From positions 1,488,001 to 1,552,000 of the forward strand of contig NW_024704742.1 of NCBI RefSeq assembly GCF_018977255.1: a stretch of 64,000 bases of DNA. Reading direction: 5' to 3'. Below the pieces are notes generated by a model. The model did no database searches. It was not told where the DNA came from and saw only the letters and a list, made by a program, of their open reading frames with translations. This document shows, piece by piece, positions 52,051-64,000 of this stretch (position 1 is its first letter; every line of letters begins with the position of its first letter). Made by a program: the position numbers and the translations under genes. The DNA comes from Callorhinchus milii. Its lineage: Eukaryota.

Positions 52051-52759
52051 GATTATTATATAAAGTATTTTCGGCCACACACAAGGAAGTAATTATTTCC
52101 CTGGAGGACAGTTAACGACTGGAATGGGTTCACAAGAAGGGTGATGAGGCCAGGAGTCATTTATGAAAAGCTTGGTGCTGTAAGTGGAGTGATGTGAGGC
52201 TGTTGTATGTTCTGGAAGGGTGAGATCAAATGAGCCTAAGGGCATCTGAATGTCTCGTGTAATCTTGTGATATGGGTATCAGTTCACCCCACGTAGATTA
52301 TAATAATACCACAAAACATTTTTGTTTGTTGTGATCTTTCATTCCATTTCAATAAGGCCCACATGAAGGGTTGCTGCAGTTCCAGCCTTCTGCAGATCAG
52401 TCGAAGGGATTTAACCATCGACATGCTGAACCTGGAACACGGACACAGAACTGCAGCAAACGATATTAATCGTCGTCGGTGAATATTTTCTCTCTTTTAA
52501 TTGGCTTCACGAAAACAGAAGCGTCTTTTTTTTTCACGCTTCCTGGGCAGGGCTTCTGTGCTGTTTGTTTCCTCTGGTCATTTCCAAAATGCAAACGTGG
52601 TTTCCTTCCTGACCAGAAGTCAAGACAAGCCCACTCTCACTCTCAACACAAGCTTGTACGCTCAGGCGGTTTCGTGCTGCAATACTTGCTTGACACACAT
52701 TCACCTCTCGCTGTTAGCGCTCTGCTATTCCCGATTTTTCTTTGGTCGGGTCGGTAAGG

Positions 52760-53097
52760 ATGAAGGGGCTCATCTACCTTCTGACAGCCTTCACCCTTCT
52801 GGGAATCAGTGAAGGGCTTCTCAACACGACCTCTCCACCAGGTTGGATTCCACCTGGCGGCCCCAGACTTGGGGTCAGCGTTAAAGCAACGGTAAAGGGA
52901 GCCAAGGTTCAGAGCGAGCTCTTGAAGGTCCTTAGCAGGAACGTACCTGAGAGAAATCAACCCAATGCTAACCGGTCTCCACGACAGGCGATTGCCAGGA
53001 CAGGTGGACACTCACATCAATCGAGCTCGAATCAGAATCATCCTTTCTACAGCAAGCCTGGGAACCCCAAACCAAACTTCGAGACGTATCGAGGGAA
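52760..53097 (+). CDS. MMRN1: multimerin-1 coding exon 1 (signal peptide and N-terminal region)
   Basis: MKGLIYLLTAFTLLGISEG hydrophobic signal peptide; ends NFETYRG-K (human NFETTRGK). Donor AA|gtaagt. Divergent from SNCA as in other jawed vertebrates. Confidence 0.92.
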
Positions 53098-53529
53098 GTA
53101 AGTACAAAGTCAGCTTTATCCCTAGCTGGATGCTGGGGCCTTTCGGTCGGGGTGGGAGGTAGCTGATTCATCGGGGGTGCTTGTTTAAAAGTGCCTCCAG
53201 CGAACTGTACCCTCTGAACAGAGGTAGAATGACAATCTGAAACGGAAACAAGAAATCAACCGACCGTTCAGAATTCGGAAGAGAAAAATAGGTTAATGTT
53301 TCGGGTTTCATCCAAGCCCGAGAGGAAGGATGATACCTGAGGTGTGAATCTATCTCTTTTTGCTCCGGATCCCGGTTGATTTGTGGTGCGTTTCAGTCTT
53401 TGTTTATTTGATGTCTGTTTATCTATTGGCCTGTCTGTAACCTGTATAGATGGGAGAAATCTCACCTGGGGATAGATTGACTCCATTTGCGTCATATTTC
53501 AGCGTTTCCAGATTTCGGCAAATTAATAT

Positions 53530-53950
53530 CAACAACCCTTGCATTTGATATAGTTCCTTATCGGGTTGTCGAGATGTCTCAAAGCACTTCACAGGTTATG
53601 ACTGTACAGTGGATTGACTGTGTATTTTGTCAGCAAACAGCGACTGCTAGTTCCACGCATCAGTGTCCCACAAACAGCCATGGAGTGAGTGACCAATCTT
53701 ATTTGGGGTACAAGGACGCTGCGAGAAATTCCCTTCCCTTTTCGAGTAATGCCGTGGGATCTTTAAAATCCACCTACACAGGCAGACTTCAGTTTAAAGG
53801 ACGGCACCTCCAACAATGCAGGACACCCCCAGTACCGCATTGGAGCGTTAGCTTAGACTTTGTTATTCCAAGCCCTGACATGGGGCTTGAACCCACACCC
53901 TCTGACTCGGAGGCGAGAGTGCTACCGACCACTGAGCCAAGCTGACACCT
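53530..53950 (-). mobile_element. older tRNA-derived Deu/SacSINE-like element (others near 6740, 11950, 20240, 22370, 36000, 50560, 56870, 58500, 59090)
   Basis: Head ttggctcagtggtcggtagcactctcgcctccgagtcagagg...gggttcaagccc; body ggaggtgccgtcc; L2-like tail. Family name from recall only. Confidence 0.6.
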
Positions 53951-55247
53951 ATGCTGTTGAATTAAGAACATAAGAACGTAAGACGTGCTAGACGAAAAAA
54001 GACCAAGAACCATCTAGTTGGCCTTCCACCTTCCTGGAGGTGGCCTCCACGTATGTCCCAAACTCCCTATGTACTATATCCCACAATGTTATTTCCTAAA
54101 AGAAAATGATCTAATCTTTTTTTGAAGGAATCAACATTTCCTGCTTCAACCGTCTCCCCTCGGGAGCCTGTTCCACAGGTTCACTATTCGCTGACTGAAA
54201 TAGTGTTTGCGCAGATTTGTTCTGAATTTAACCCCCCTTTCGATTGCAGGCCGTGTCCCTGGACAAATTGAAACAGCCCGTCATGAATTCAGACTCAACT
54301 TTGAAGTTGTTTTTCTGTAGTTCTTAAAAGAAACTTACAGAATAATGGCCTTCAAAACTAAGGTTGTGTTTCAAGAATTTGCCAGATTATGGAGGCTCTA
54401 AAATGCTACACAAATAGAGTAAATGCTGTTAGTTACCGCCATAATTATCCTATCTAATATAATAATAATCCTTGCATTTGATTTGGCGCCTTATCACGTC
54501 TTCAAGGCATCTCAAAGAACTTCACAGAATACACTGTAAATGAATTGACTGTATGTGTTGTGGGCACAACGGGACAGCCAGTTGTGTACAGCAGTCCCCA
54601 CAAGCAGCGCTGGATTGAAGTGACCAAGTTATTATTATTATGTATTTATTTATTGTTGAAGGGATTATATTGTCTACCTCTATTTCCGTTTCTGTACATT
54701 GAGAGAACCCGGAGTGGCACCGTAAATAAATGTGTCGTCTGCGATAACGCTGACCCATTAGGACTCGGGAGCATTTCAGATACAATCTCTATTGTGTGAC
54801 TGACTGGGGCGGGGAAATTGGCAAGTTTCCCGCTGCTGAATCCCATTCAAAGGAGTATCCCTCCTGCTTTCCTGAATGCCTGTGTACAAGTTTGACCCTA
54901 TGTCTCTCAACACAAAGCCTTGCTATTAGCAGGGAGACAGCTCAGTACAGAAGTCAAACACAATACGTATCATCAGTTTCAGGCTCCAGACACGCAGTTT
55001 GGAGATACAGAGTACATCACACAGTGAAGAAACATAATTTCTTCGACAACACAAATGTTAGGCTCTAAAGGACCCTTTTCGGTCTCTTTGCGGAATGAAA
55101 AAGGAAATAGCAGTTGCTGGAAATTTAAAATTGTTAAGATCGAAATGCCGAAAGAGGAAGATGGACTGAAGTTTTGGGAGTGTCCTTTTGATCACACTTT
55201 CATTGACTCCCGATAATAAATTAATTGTTGATGCAAGGTAACTATGT

Positions 55248-55388
55248 GGAGACCTGTAGCTCAGTGGTTAGAGCGCTCGCTTTGCAAGCGAGAGACCCGG
55301 GTTCAATTCACTTCACATTACATTATGTGAAGCGCTTTGAGACGTCTCGAGGCAATACATCAAATACAAGGATTTATTATTATTACTA
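55248..55388 (+). mobile_element. internally deleted SINE (head fused to tail)
   Basis: B box gttcaattc runs directly into the tail sequence acttcac. Confidence 0.75.
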
Positions 55389-55851
55389 TAAGATAACAGA
55401 GAATCATGAGAGCAACATCGAACGAGCGTGTGACTGATAACACTGCGGCTTCTCTGTTATATTTCAGCTTTTATCGCCGTGAGATCAAATGGTGGGCTGA
55501 AGGGATATCAATTCACCCACTCTAACCTCAAGGGGGAAACCGGCAGAAATATTACTGTGTTTGAGGGCTTGTGGGCACTGATCCCTTTAACCTCCAAGCC
55601 TGTTCCTAAGCAGTTATTTACCCATTTTATTTGTGAATGAGTTAGTTCATCAACAATAATGNTTTTTTGTTGATCTGGCAACGTTTTCACAGTGTGGCTC
55701 GTGTCAGCTCCCATTCTTCCAGACTGATTATCCTTGTGTGGCCTCTCGGAGTGAGATTGTGACACTTTACTGCTAACTTGGGCCAAATTCGAGGACGCTT
55801 TGCGCTGTGAACTTATGCCCTTCCACGAATCAGCCCGAGATTGCTCAGTTT

Positions 55852-56148
55852 ATAATAATAATAATAATAATCCTTGCATTTGATATAGCGCTTTTCACGT
55901 CGGGAGGACGTCCCAAAGCGCTTCACAGAACACACTGTAAAGTGAATTGACTGTATATTTGTGGGCGAACGCAGCAGCCAATTGCGCACAGCAATGTCCC
56001 ACAAACAGTCGTAGATTGAAAATGACCAATTTATTATTGTTTTTGGTTTTGGAGGGATTACTATTAGGCTCTGTGTGGAGTAAGGAAACTTGCCCAAGGT
56101 TTCGCCCTCTGCCTGGAATTGAACTCAGGTCTCTCGCTTGCACGGACT
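55852..56148 (-). mobile_element. tRNA-derived SINE (CTCCC-loop subfamily), A box deleted
   Basis: Reverse complement is near-identical to the 58023 and 62163 copies. Confidence 0.9.
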
Positions 56149-58022
56149 GTGGTGTCCTCGCGGCCAACAGGGAGACAGACAATACTTTCATCACATTTGA
56201 CCGAGGCAGGGTTTACACTGCAGGTAAAAGGACAAACGTTCAAACTCACTGCACTTCCTGATTGACGCTACTTTTAATTGACGCTGCTTTTGGTGTGACA
56301 CGACGTTGCTGATTATCCTGGACCCCAAGCTCGCATCGTTATATACGCGTCTACTTTTCCAGTACGGTCGTTAAGAGAGTGATCGGGAGCTGACTAATTT
56401 GTCCCTCTCACGTCCCAGTGGCTTTGAGGACGATTCTAGTTCGCCTCCTGCCGACCGCACACTTTATTTTAAATGACAGTGTTTGTGGTTTAACTGGTAG
56501 TCTATTCCACACGTCCACAGCCTTCCGTGAGGGATAGAAAGTCCTACTAATCTCAAGTCATGCTTGAGGCTTGTCAATTTTACACTCATGTCGTGTCTCA
56601 CGATAAGGAATAGCATCCTCTTAACCTATTCTCTGTACCTCCCCCATCAATCTTAATCTAATGCCATTAATTGAAAGATTTCCAATAGGAACAGAACATC
56701 TGCTACACACTGAGTAACATAAGTACCACATTTCATTGACTTCAGTTTTAGTATAAATATGATTGAATTTGAAGTGGAACTATATCACATTACATAGAGC
56801 GTTACAGCATGGAAACAGGTCATTCAGCCTGAATAGTCCTTGCCAGTATGAATATTACTCCACCAAAATAATAAATAATCCTTACGTTTTAACGTCGTGA
56901 GGACGGGTCAAAGCGATTCACAGGATGTACGGTAAAGTGCAGTGACTGTGTGTTTTGTGGGTGAACACGGCAGCCAGTTTGTGCACAACAATGTCCGCAA
57001 ACAGCTGTAAAATCGATGACCGATTTTAGAGGATTGTTGGTCAGGACACCGAAGAGAAACTCCCTTCTCTTTTCTACCCTGAGCAGGCAGATGGGGCCTT
57101 GGTTTAACATCTCATCCGAAGGATGGCACCTCCAGTAATGCAGCACACCCCCAAAACTACACTGGAGGGTCAGTTTAGACTATGTGATTCCAAGTCCCGA
57201 CATGGGGCTTGAGAGTTCCACATATAATAATTATATTAATAATAATAATCCTTGTATTTGATATAGCGCCTTTTCACATCATTGAGACGTCTCGAATCAC
57301 TGCACAGAATGTATTGCAAAACGAATTGACTGCGTGTATTTTGTGGGCGGAACGCGGCAGCCCCCAATTGCGCTCAGCAGCGTCCCGCAAACAGTGGCGG
57401 ATTGAGTGATGACATGTGTTTCGAGGGATTATTACATGTATGTCATCGACACATGTTCTTGTGTCGAGAACGTAGTCCGAAATAGCCTACTCAGTCTCAA
57501 GAGTTAATACTGATACACCACGTACCAATGTTTCTTTACACAATCCACTGTGTGTAATGATATGCAGTGCTTAAACACTTGGTTTCAAATGTCAAGACTT
57601 CACCATTCACTATTGTAAACACTATTCCATTAACTGCTCGTCTGGACAAATTTGGTTGTGGCTTCCAAATGCACACACTGTAATCCTGTCACCTCCTTAT
57701 CCTGTCATGTATTGATGTGAGGCACGTGAATAATTAAATTCAAAATGTCTGGATCAGCTCGAGGTCAAAGTGTGTGCAAACACAAACAGATTGCAGTGAT
57801 TAGTTTTTCATCATCGTCCCCAACGATCAGAGAGGAGATTTTGACCCGATCACGTAAACTAGCTTCAAAGCAAGAATCAAAAAGATAACCTTCTAACTCC
57901 ATCCAATATTTGGTCCTTCCTATGTCTTTTTTTTTAACAAAACAAGATAGTGGTTAGCACATTTCTTCACACGTGAAGATGAAGCGTCGTTTTTTTTTAA
58001 TCTGATTAAAGTGGCACACGAT

Positions 58023-58348
58023 GGAGTCCTGTAGCTCAGTGGTTAGAGCACTCGCTTTGCAAGTGAGAGACCTGAGTTCAATTCCAGGCAGAGGGCCAAA
58101 CCTTGGGCAAGTTTCCTTACTCCACACAGAGCCTAATAATAATCCCTCCAAAACCAAAAACAATAAATTGGTCATTTTCAATCTACGACTGTTTGTGGGA
58201 CATTGCTGTGCGCAATTGGCTGCCGCGTTCGCCCACAAATATACAGTCAATTCACTTTACAGTGTGTTCTGTGAAGCGCTTTGGGACGTCCTCCCGACGT
58301 GAAAAGCGCTATATCAAATGCAAGGATTATTATTATTATTATTATTAT
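58023..58348 (+). mobile_element. tRNA-derived SINE, full length (CTCCC-loop subfamily)
   Basis: Same family; diagnostic atctacgac, gtgtgttctg and gggacgtcctcccgacgtg. Confidence 0.9.
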
Positions 58349-59738
58349 CAGACCAATATCGCCAATCTCCACAGTCACCGACATTAGGTCAACTAAACTT
58401 CCCTATAACATGCTCTTCTCTGGGGACAACCGGTCATTGGACCACAGAACGGAATTGCTCACTCAACTTGCAAATAATGGCACCTTCACTCGCACCGTCG
58501 CTTGTCAAACTTGGTAGCACTCTCGCGCCAGAGGTTGTGGGTCCTAACTGCACGTTGGGCACTTTGACACAGCTTAGACCGTTAGAGTTCAGAGGTGCTG
58601 CCCTTCTCAGGTGACGTTAAAGCGAGGTCCTGTCTGCCTGTTCGGGTGCGTAGCAAACATACTATCACCACTTGAAAAGAGAAGGCAGTTTCTCCCGGTG
58701 TCCTGGCCAACAATCCACCAATCAATATTAGTCGTTCACTTGATGGCTGTTTACGTGACTTTGCTGCGCGCAAATTGGCTGCCCCGTTCGCTTCTCAATA
58801 CACAGTCACTACACTTCGTGGTAAATGGTGTGCAGGGGCTTGGAGGCATCTCCATGATATAATAGTGCAGCGATTATTTTACTGTAGGACTACAATATCT
58901 GTGGCGTACCATTCATTTCAGGTGTAGTTTGTGTGATACATCACTGCCATCTGCTGGATATCTGTGTATGACTTCTTCTTACCTGCGCTGAGACCAGAAC
59001 ATATTTCTTGCAAAAGATATATCAGTTGTAACAATTCAGAATTTTCATTTCTACATATACATGTGTATAGAAATATAATCTAATTTACATATATATGTGA
59101 TGCAGTGCTTGGGGATCGCTGCATTGTTGGAGCTGCTGTTCTTCCGATGAGATATTAAACCGAGGTCTTTGTTGGTCTGTTGAGTGGGTGTTAAATATCT
59201 GCCAAAAAAGCGAGTTTCTCGGCCAACAATCCTCCAGATAAAATTGCTCGTGCACTTCATTGCTTGGGGCTGTCTGTGGCACATTGCCGTGCGCAAACTG
59301 ACCGCTGTGTTTGGCTCACAAGCACATAGTCGTTATACTTAACGGACAACTCTTGAGACAATTCACTGTCATAAGTACGATATCAAATGCAAGGATGATG
59401 ATTATTATGCTGAGTTAGAAATCGGCTATCTTGCAAAAATATATTTTTACAACAACAAGTCTTCAATTTGAGAAACCTCAAGCACAGAAACAAAGGTTGT
59501 AAGTTATTGCGCGCGGTTTCCAGCAGTACAGACCTCTGTACAGGTCCTCAGGAAAGCATTTCTTTCCTTCCAGTTTCCAACGTAACTTTTAAAATTGCTT
59601 ACCCGCACTTTTCGGGCCTCGGGTCCCTGCGGCCGCTGAGCAAATTAGGTTGTGCAAAAAGAGTTATTTTATGGCGTACTTTCCGAGTGCCAGGAAATGG
59701 AGTGATTTGTCTTGTTTTTGTTGTGTTGTGTTTTGCAG

Positions 59739-59858
59739 GAACTGGTGTGCTTATGTGCACACGCGACTCTCACCCACCGTAACAATGGACAGCGTGCAGA
59801 CCTATGTGTCTATGTCGGCACAAGTGTGTCCCTGGAATACCAGGAGCTGCCAACCGAG
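59739..59858 (+). CDS. MMRN1: multimerin-1 coding exon 2 (EMI domain, N-terminal part); gene continues beyond window
   Basis: ttttgcag|G AAC TGG TGT..., giving NWCAYVHTRLSPTVTMDSVQTYVSMSAQVCPWNTRSCQP; AG|gtacgt; 120 nt, phase 2-2. NWCAYVHTRLSPTV is characteristic of MMRN1. Confidence 0.95.
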
Positions 59859-62162
59859 GTACGTTTTATCAGCGTTACACAATTAATTGGATATACTCGG
59901 GCTGGATATTAAGACCTTACGTGCATAGCTGGAGGATACACACCATGGAACAAAGCACTAATCGAATGGCACCAAGTATCTAACTCACGAGCTCGGCGGG
60001 CAATGGTGGCTTCGGTGCCAGTGGCTTGCTTTCTGTCCGTGCAATTAAAGGTGATGTTTCAGCATCTCCGATGGCTGAGGACGAAACAGAGTCACACAGC
60101 CCAGGAAAGTCCCGGGTTCACTCCTCCTCACACTGCGCTGTGTTAGTTAACCTCAGCTGCAGGAGCAGCAGTAAATATTACAGTCGCTCTCAATGTCCCT
60201 GGGATTTAAAAGTGGGGGGGGTGGGGGGGGATAAAGGCTCCTATTGCTCATGGCTACTCATTTTTGATGGAGCCTTTCCTCTGGATGAGACGTTAAACCA
60301 TTTGCACTTTGTCCTTTAGGAGGATATTAAAGATCCCACGGCTAATTGAAAACAGTAAGTGATTTTCTCCTGGTGTCTTGGCCAGCAGTTCTCCAGTTTA
60401 ATGGGTCAGACACCTCAGGCTGGTTATATGAGACATGGCTGCTACACTTGACATTACTACAGTTTTAACGCGATGGGAGTTTTGTCAACTGCAATTTTTT
60501 TTCTTTCGACGAGCGAGTGGCTTTACATCGCCGGTAACTATCACGTCACTCCCAGCAAGTTCGCCCTCAATTATCACAGGGGATCGTTATTATTGGGGAT
60601 GTTAAAACGCAACAGGTGGTAATATCACATGTTGCGATAAATTGGTCGTTCATCCACTTCACTGTTGTTTGTTGGGAGATTGCTGCTTGCAGATTGGCTT
60701 CCCGCGTGGACCCATGAACACTTTACAGCATTGTCCGTGAGATCTAGAACAAGCTGCCAGGACCAGGTGGTTGAGGCTAGGACACTAGACTCATTTAAAA
60801 GAAGCAGCTTGAGGCTGTGACGGGAGGTCGCTAGGGTGGGCCGAAAGCCCTCCTTGCATCCGGATCAATCTCGGGATCTTGTGAAGCGTTCGGCACTCTT
60901 TCGGATGCAAGGGTTCGTAAGTGTACAGAATGCAAGGCTATACCTAAGGTTTGGACCCAATCTGGGGTTGAGGGTTGAGGGGGTTGGGGACGATGGGCGA
61001 AAGCACGGTCAAAGAATGAGGACAGACACACCGAAGCCCGGCTGTTGATGGTGGAGTGGGTAGGGCGGTGGACCTGAAATACAGACAGGAGCTGCTGAGC
61101 GATTTTGATTGGGTGAATTTCGTACCCGTTCCAAACGCTTTTCTTAATGTGTTAGAAACAGGTGATGCCGGAAAGACGTTCACTGAGGAAGCGAGATTCA
61201 GTTGGTTCAGCCGTGTACAGTGGAAAGTGCCGTCATTTTTAAAAATTCCTCAGAGAACAAATCAAATCAAACACCCACTTGCAATGACCAATCTTTACAG
61301 ATGCATTTTGACTGCCAGCTTTTCACGCGCCTCTTTCCGCAACACGCTGGTAAACTATAATCTGCAAAAAAAACAACAAAAAAAATCTGCTCGCGGCTAA
61401 CAACAACAACAACAACTTGCATTTAGATAACAACGTAACTGGCAACCGGTTTATATAGCGCCCTTCACGATGGAATGCTTTCGCAACTCAAACAGCAACC
61501 CAAAGGAAAACAACTCTTTAACAGGAGCCAGAGCAGACACAAGGGGCAGAATAGCTTTTCTGCGCCGTAAAATATCTATGGTTCTAAAATGCTCACAAAT
61601 TCCTGTCTTGACGTTACCAGAGTGCCCCTTGCTGGCCACACCTGCAACATTCATACAACCGGATCACGTAGGAATTCATTTAGCTTCTCAAACAGCAAAT
61701 GCAACAAACTCTGGGCTCACGTGTTCATTTCAGCGCCTTGGAAGCGATGGCGTTCAACGATTAAATTGCTGAAACCGCACCTTCTTAGAAATAACGACGG
61801 TCAGGAGTAGATTACTGACATCCACCCTGGTGCACCAGTTGTTGGCTCCACGTGACCTTTTACTGGAAATGCAATTTCTGTACGAAAGGTTATACGCGTT
61901 CCTGCAGCAGAGGTGCTCACTGACCCCCGCGAGCTCCGCGCAAAGAAAAAGAGACCCAAGGATCGTAATAAAGTGGGTTAATTAGCCCTGCAGAGAATAG
62001 ACTTACACGGAATGCTGCAGCACGGAAACGACAGCCACAACTTGCCCTTCACGTGGGCAATGTCTCAGCGCACTGACCAATGGTGCCGAGCTGGGGAGAA
62101 AGGGAAGGAGACAGGAGGCCGGGTCGGAGACGAAAGTGTTCAGGTGCGATTTTAAGACAGAT

Positions 62163-62456
62163 AGTCCTGTAGCTCAGTGCAAGCGAGAGACCTGAGTTCA
62201 ATTCCAGGCAGAGGGCGAAACCTTGGGCAAGTTTCTTTACTCCACACAGAGCCTAATAATAATCCCTCCAAAACCAAAAACAATAATAAATTGGTCATTT
62301 TCAATCTACGACTGTTTGTGGGACATTGCTGTGCGCAATTGGCTGCCGCGTTCGCCCACAAATATACAGTCAATTCACTTTACAGTGTGTTCTGTGAAAC
62401 GCTTTGGGACGTCCTCCCGACATGAAAAGCGCTATATCAAATGCAAGGATTATTAT
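62163..62456 (+). mobile_element. tRNA-derived SINE (CTCCC-loop subfamily) nested in an older L2 fragment (~62040-62620, minus)
   Basis: Same diagnostics; short deletion after tagctcagtg; L2-like sequence on both flanks. Confidence 0.88.
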
Positions 62457-64000
62457 AAAGAGGGAGCGAGTGATGGAGGGATCTGAGGCAGGGAGTTCCA
62501 GAGGTTTGGGGCACAGCGGCTGAAGGCACGGCGGCCAACGGTGGATCGGCCCTCAGTGTGGGATGGGCAGGAGGCCCGAGCTGACTGAGCGAAAGGAATG
62601 GGTAGAGGAGTGAGTAGGTCATTCGCTCCAGCGGGTCCGTGCTGGCTCTCTCTCTCTCCAAATCCTTATTGAGGAATATTGAGGATTCCAGTTTGAAATC
62701 CTTTCAAACCTCATAGTCTCAACCAGGTGTGTGTCCGCACAGAGTCCGAATACAGGCATGAAATTGTGTTCATTTTCACAAGGTGTCCATTTGCACCTGC
62801 CGATTATCCCTCACTATTAAAACCGGCACGTTCTTTGTTTTTGGCTTGGTCTGCACAAAGTGCTGTAGATGAGTATTAACTATATTGTCAGGAATGAAGG
62901 TATACGGGACTGGGCAGACCATTAACCTGAAGCGACCTCGCAGAATAACGTGACAATTTGCAGTGGCAATTTGTGCTAAATTCTCGGGAGGCTCATGGTG
63001 TGGACTCTGACTAAGAACAGGGTTGCGCCTCTCGCTCTCTGTAACTGCTGATAAAAAGTAAATGAGTGATGTGTACAATGTCAGTGACTAATTGGCTGGT
63101 AGTGGGCTACTCAGGCCCTGATGCCATCCGGGAATTCTAATTATATACTGATTAATGAGAAATAAAACCAACCTTGAACTCACTGCCCTTCACCGTTTAT
63201 TATTGCTGATAAAAGATTCGTAACACGGTTCGTGTATAAAAATAGAGTTTGTTTTCTGCTTCCTTGGTTCGTTCCGTGGTGAGCACAGTTCCGTGCTTGA
63301 GGCAGAGCGCCGCGAGGGACAGGAGAGTGAGGGGGACCGTGATATTGAGGCTGATACATGCTTAGAATATTTGGAGACACTGCGAACTAAGACACTGTTC
63401 ACTGTACCTTCAAGATGCACGTTATCAACAGTACGATTCAACGTACCTCTTAAATATGATCTGTCCTCCCCGAAGCTCCAACCTGTGTACTCTTCGTGTT
63501 CCCTGCATTCTGAACTGTGACCCAGAAACCAACCTCAATTTCATCAGTAACATACATATTATTACCTGTTCATGGGACCAGCCCTCCTCCTCCTTCCCCT
63601 CTGCCTGAGCGACATCCAGCTGCTGGCCAAAAGCAAAGGCAGTCGCTCTAACTCTCGGCCTTTCTCATTGCAGTTTTTCCTCTGCTAGTTCGAGGTTCAC
63701 CCACAGAGAGATACCTCCATTCCCTTCCACTTCCCATTCTCCCCATACATTGAGAAGGAGCTCAGCGTCTTCCTGCAGAACAAGTCGTTGAGATTAGAAA
63801 CTAAGCACCACTGCACCTCTCGTTGCAGTGATGTCCTGACCTCTCTTTGTGGTGCTCTCCTGCACCTCTCGTTGCCTGATGATCCTGCATTGGTGTGTAG
63901 ACACGCTGCCAAAGACCTTTTTTATTTTTGGGTACAATTTAAAATTTCCTTGTAAAAAATTCATCAGTCTGTAACCAAGGGAATGTGTTCATTTGAGGAG

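Noticed and set aside
55813-62486. Repeated ORFs such as MGKFPYSTQSL... and MTVYLWANAAANCAQQ... suggesting a small gene family
   Set aside because: They are translations of SINE copies in various frames, with no splice or coding signature.
59859-64000. MMRN1 exon 3 (expected W-x-CCPG motif)
   Set aside because: No such motif with splice sites was found by eye; it probably lies beyond the window.

Overview
Vertebrate genomic DNA, most likely a cartilaginous fish (holocephalan/shark-like SINE, L2 and CR1 landscape; this is an inference). It holds the conserved head-to-head SNCA-MMRN1 locus. Minus strand: a complete alpha-synuclein gene with 5 coding exons, all GT-AG (38425-38545, 37115-37156, 29513-29658, 3726-3818, 2030-2062). 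They encode a 144-aa protein: [144 protein letters not shown]. Exons 3 and 5 are not visible in the ORF track. The 3'UTR keeps a miR-7 8mer site. Plus strand: the first two coding exons of multimerin-1 (52760-53097, 59739-59858; signal peptide and start of the EMI domain); the gene continues beyond the window. The rest is intron or intergenic DNA rich in tRNA-derived SINEs, L2 and CR1 fragments, an intact 867-bp solo LTR with a 4-bp TSD, a Tigger-like element and microsatellites, plus one assembly gap. I see no new protein-coding system. The best leads are natural substitutions at disease/PTM positions of alpha-synuclein, a candidate 9-nt 5'UTR microexon, a SINE subfamily that has adopted the loop of a young L2 LINE, competing inverted SINEs around MMRN1 exon 2, and a possible undescribed SINE/partner pair. 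Comparisons to human sequences are from memory and need alignment.
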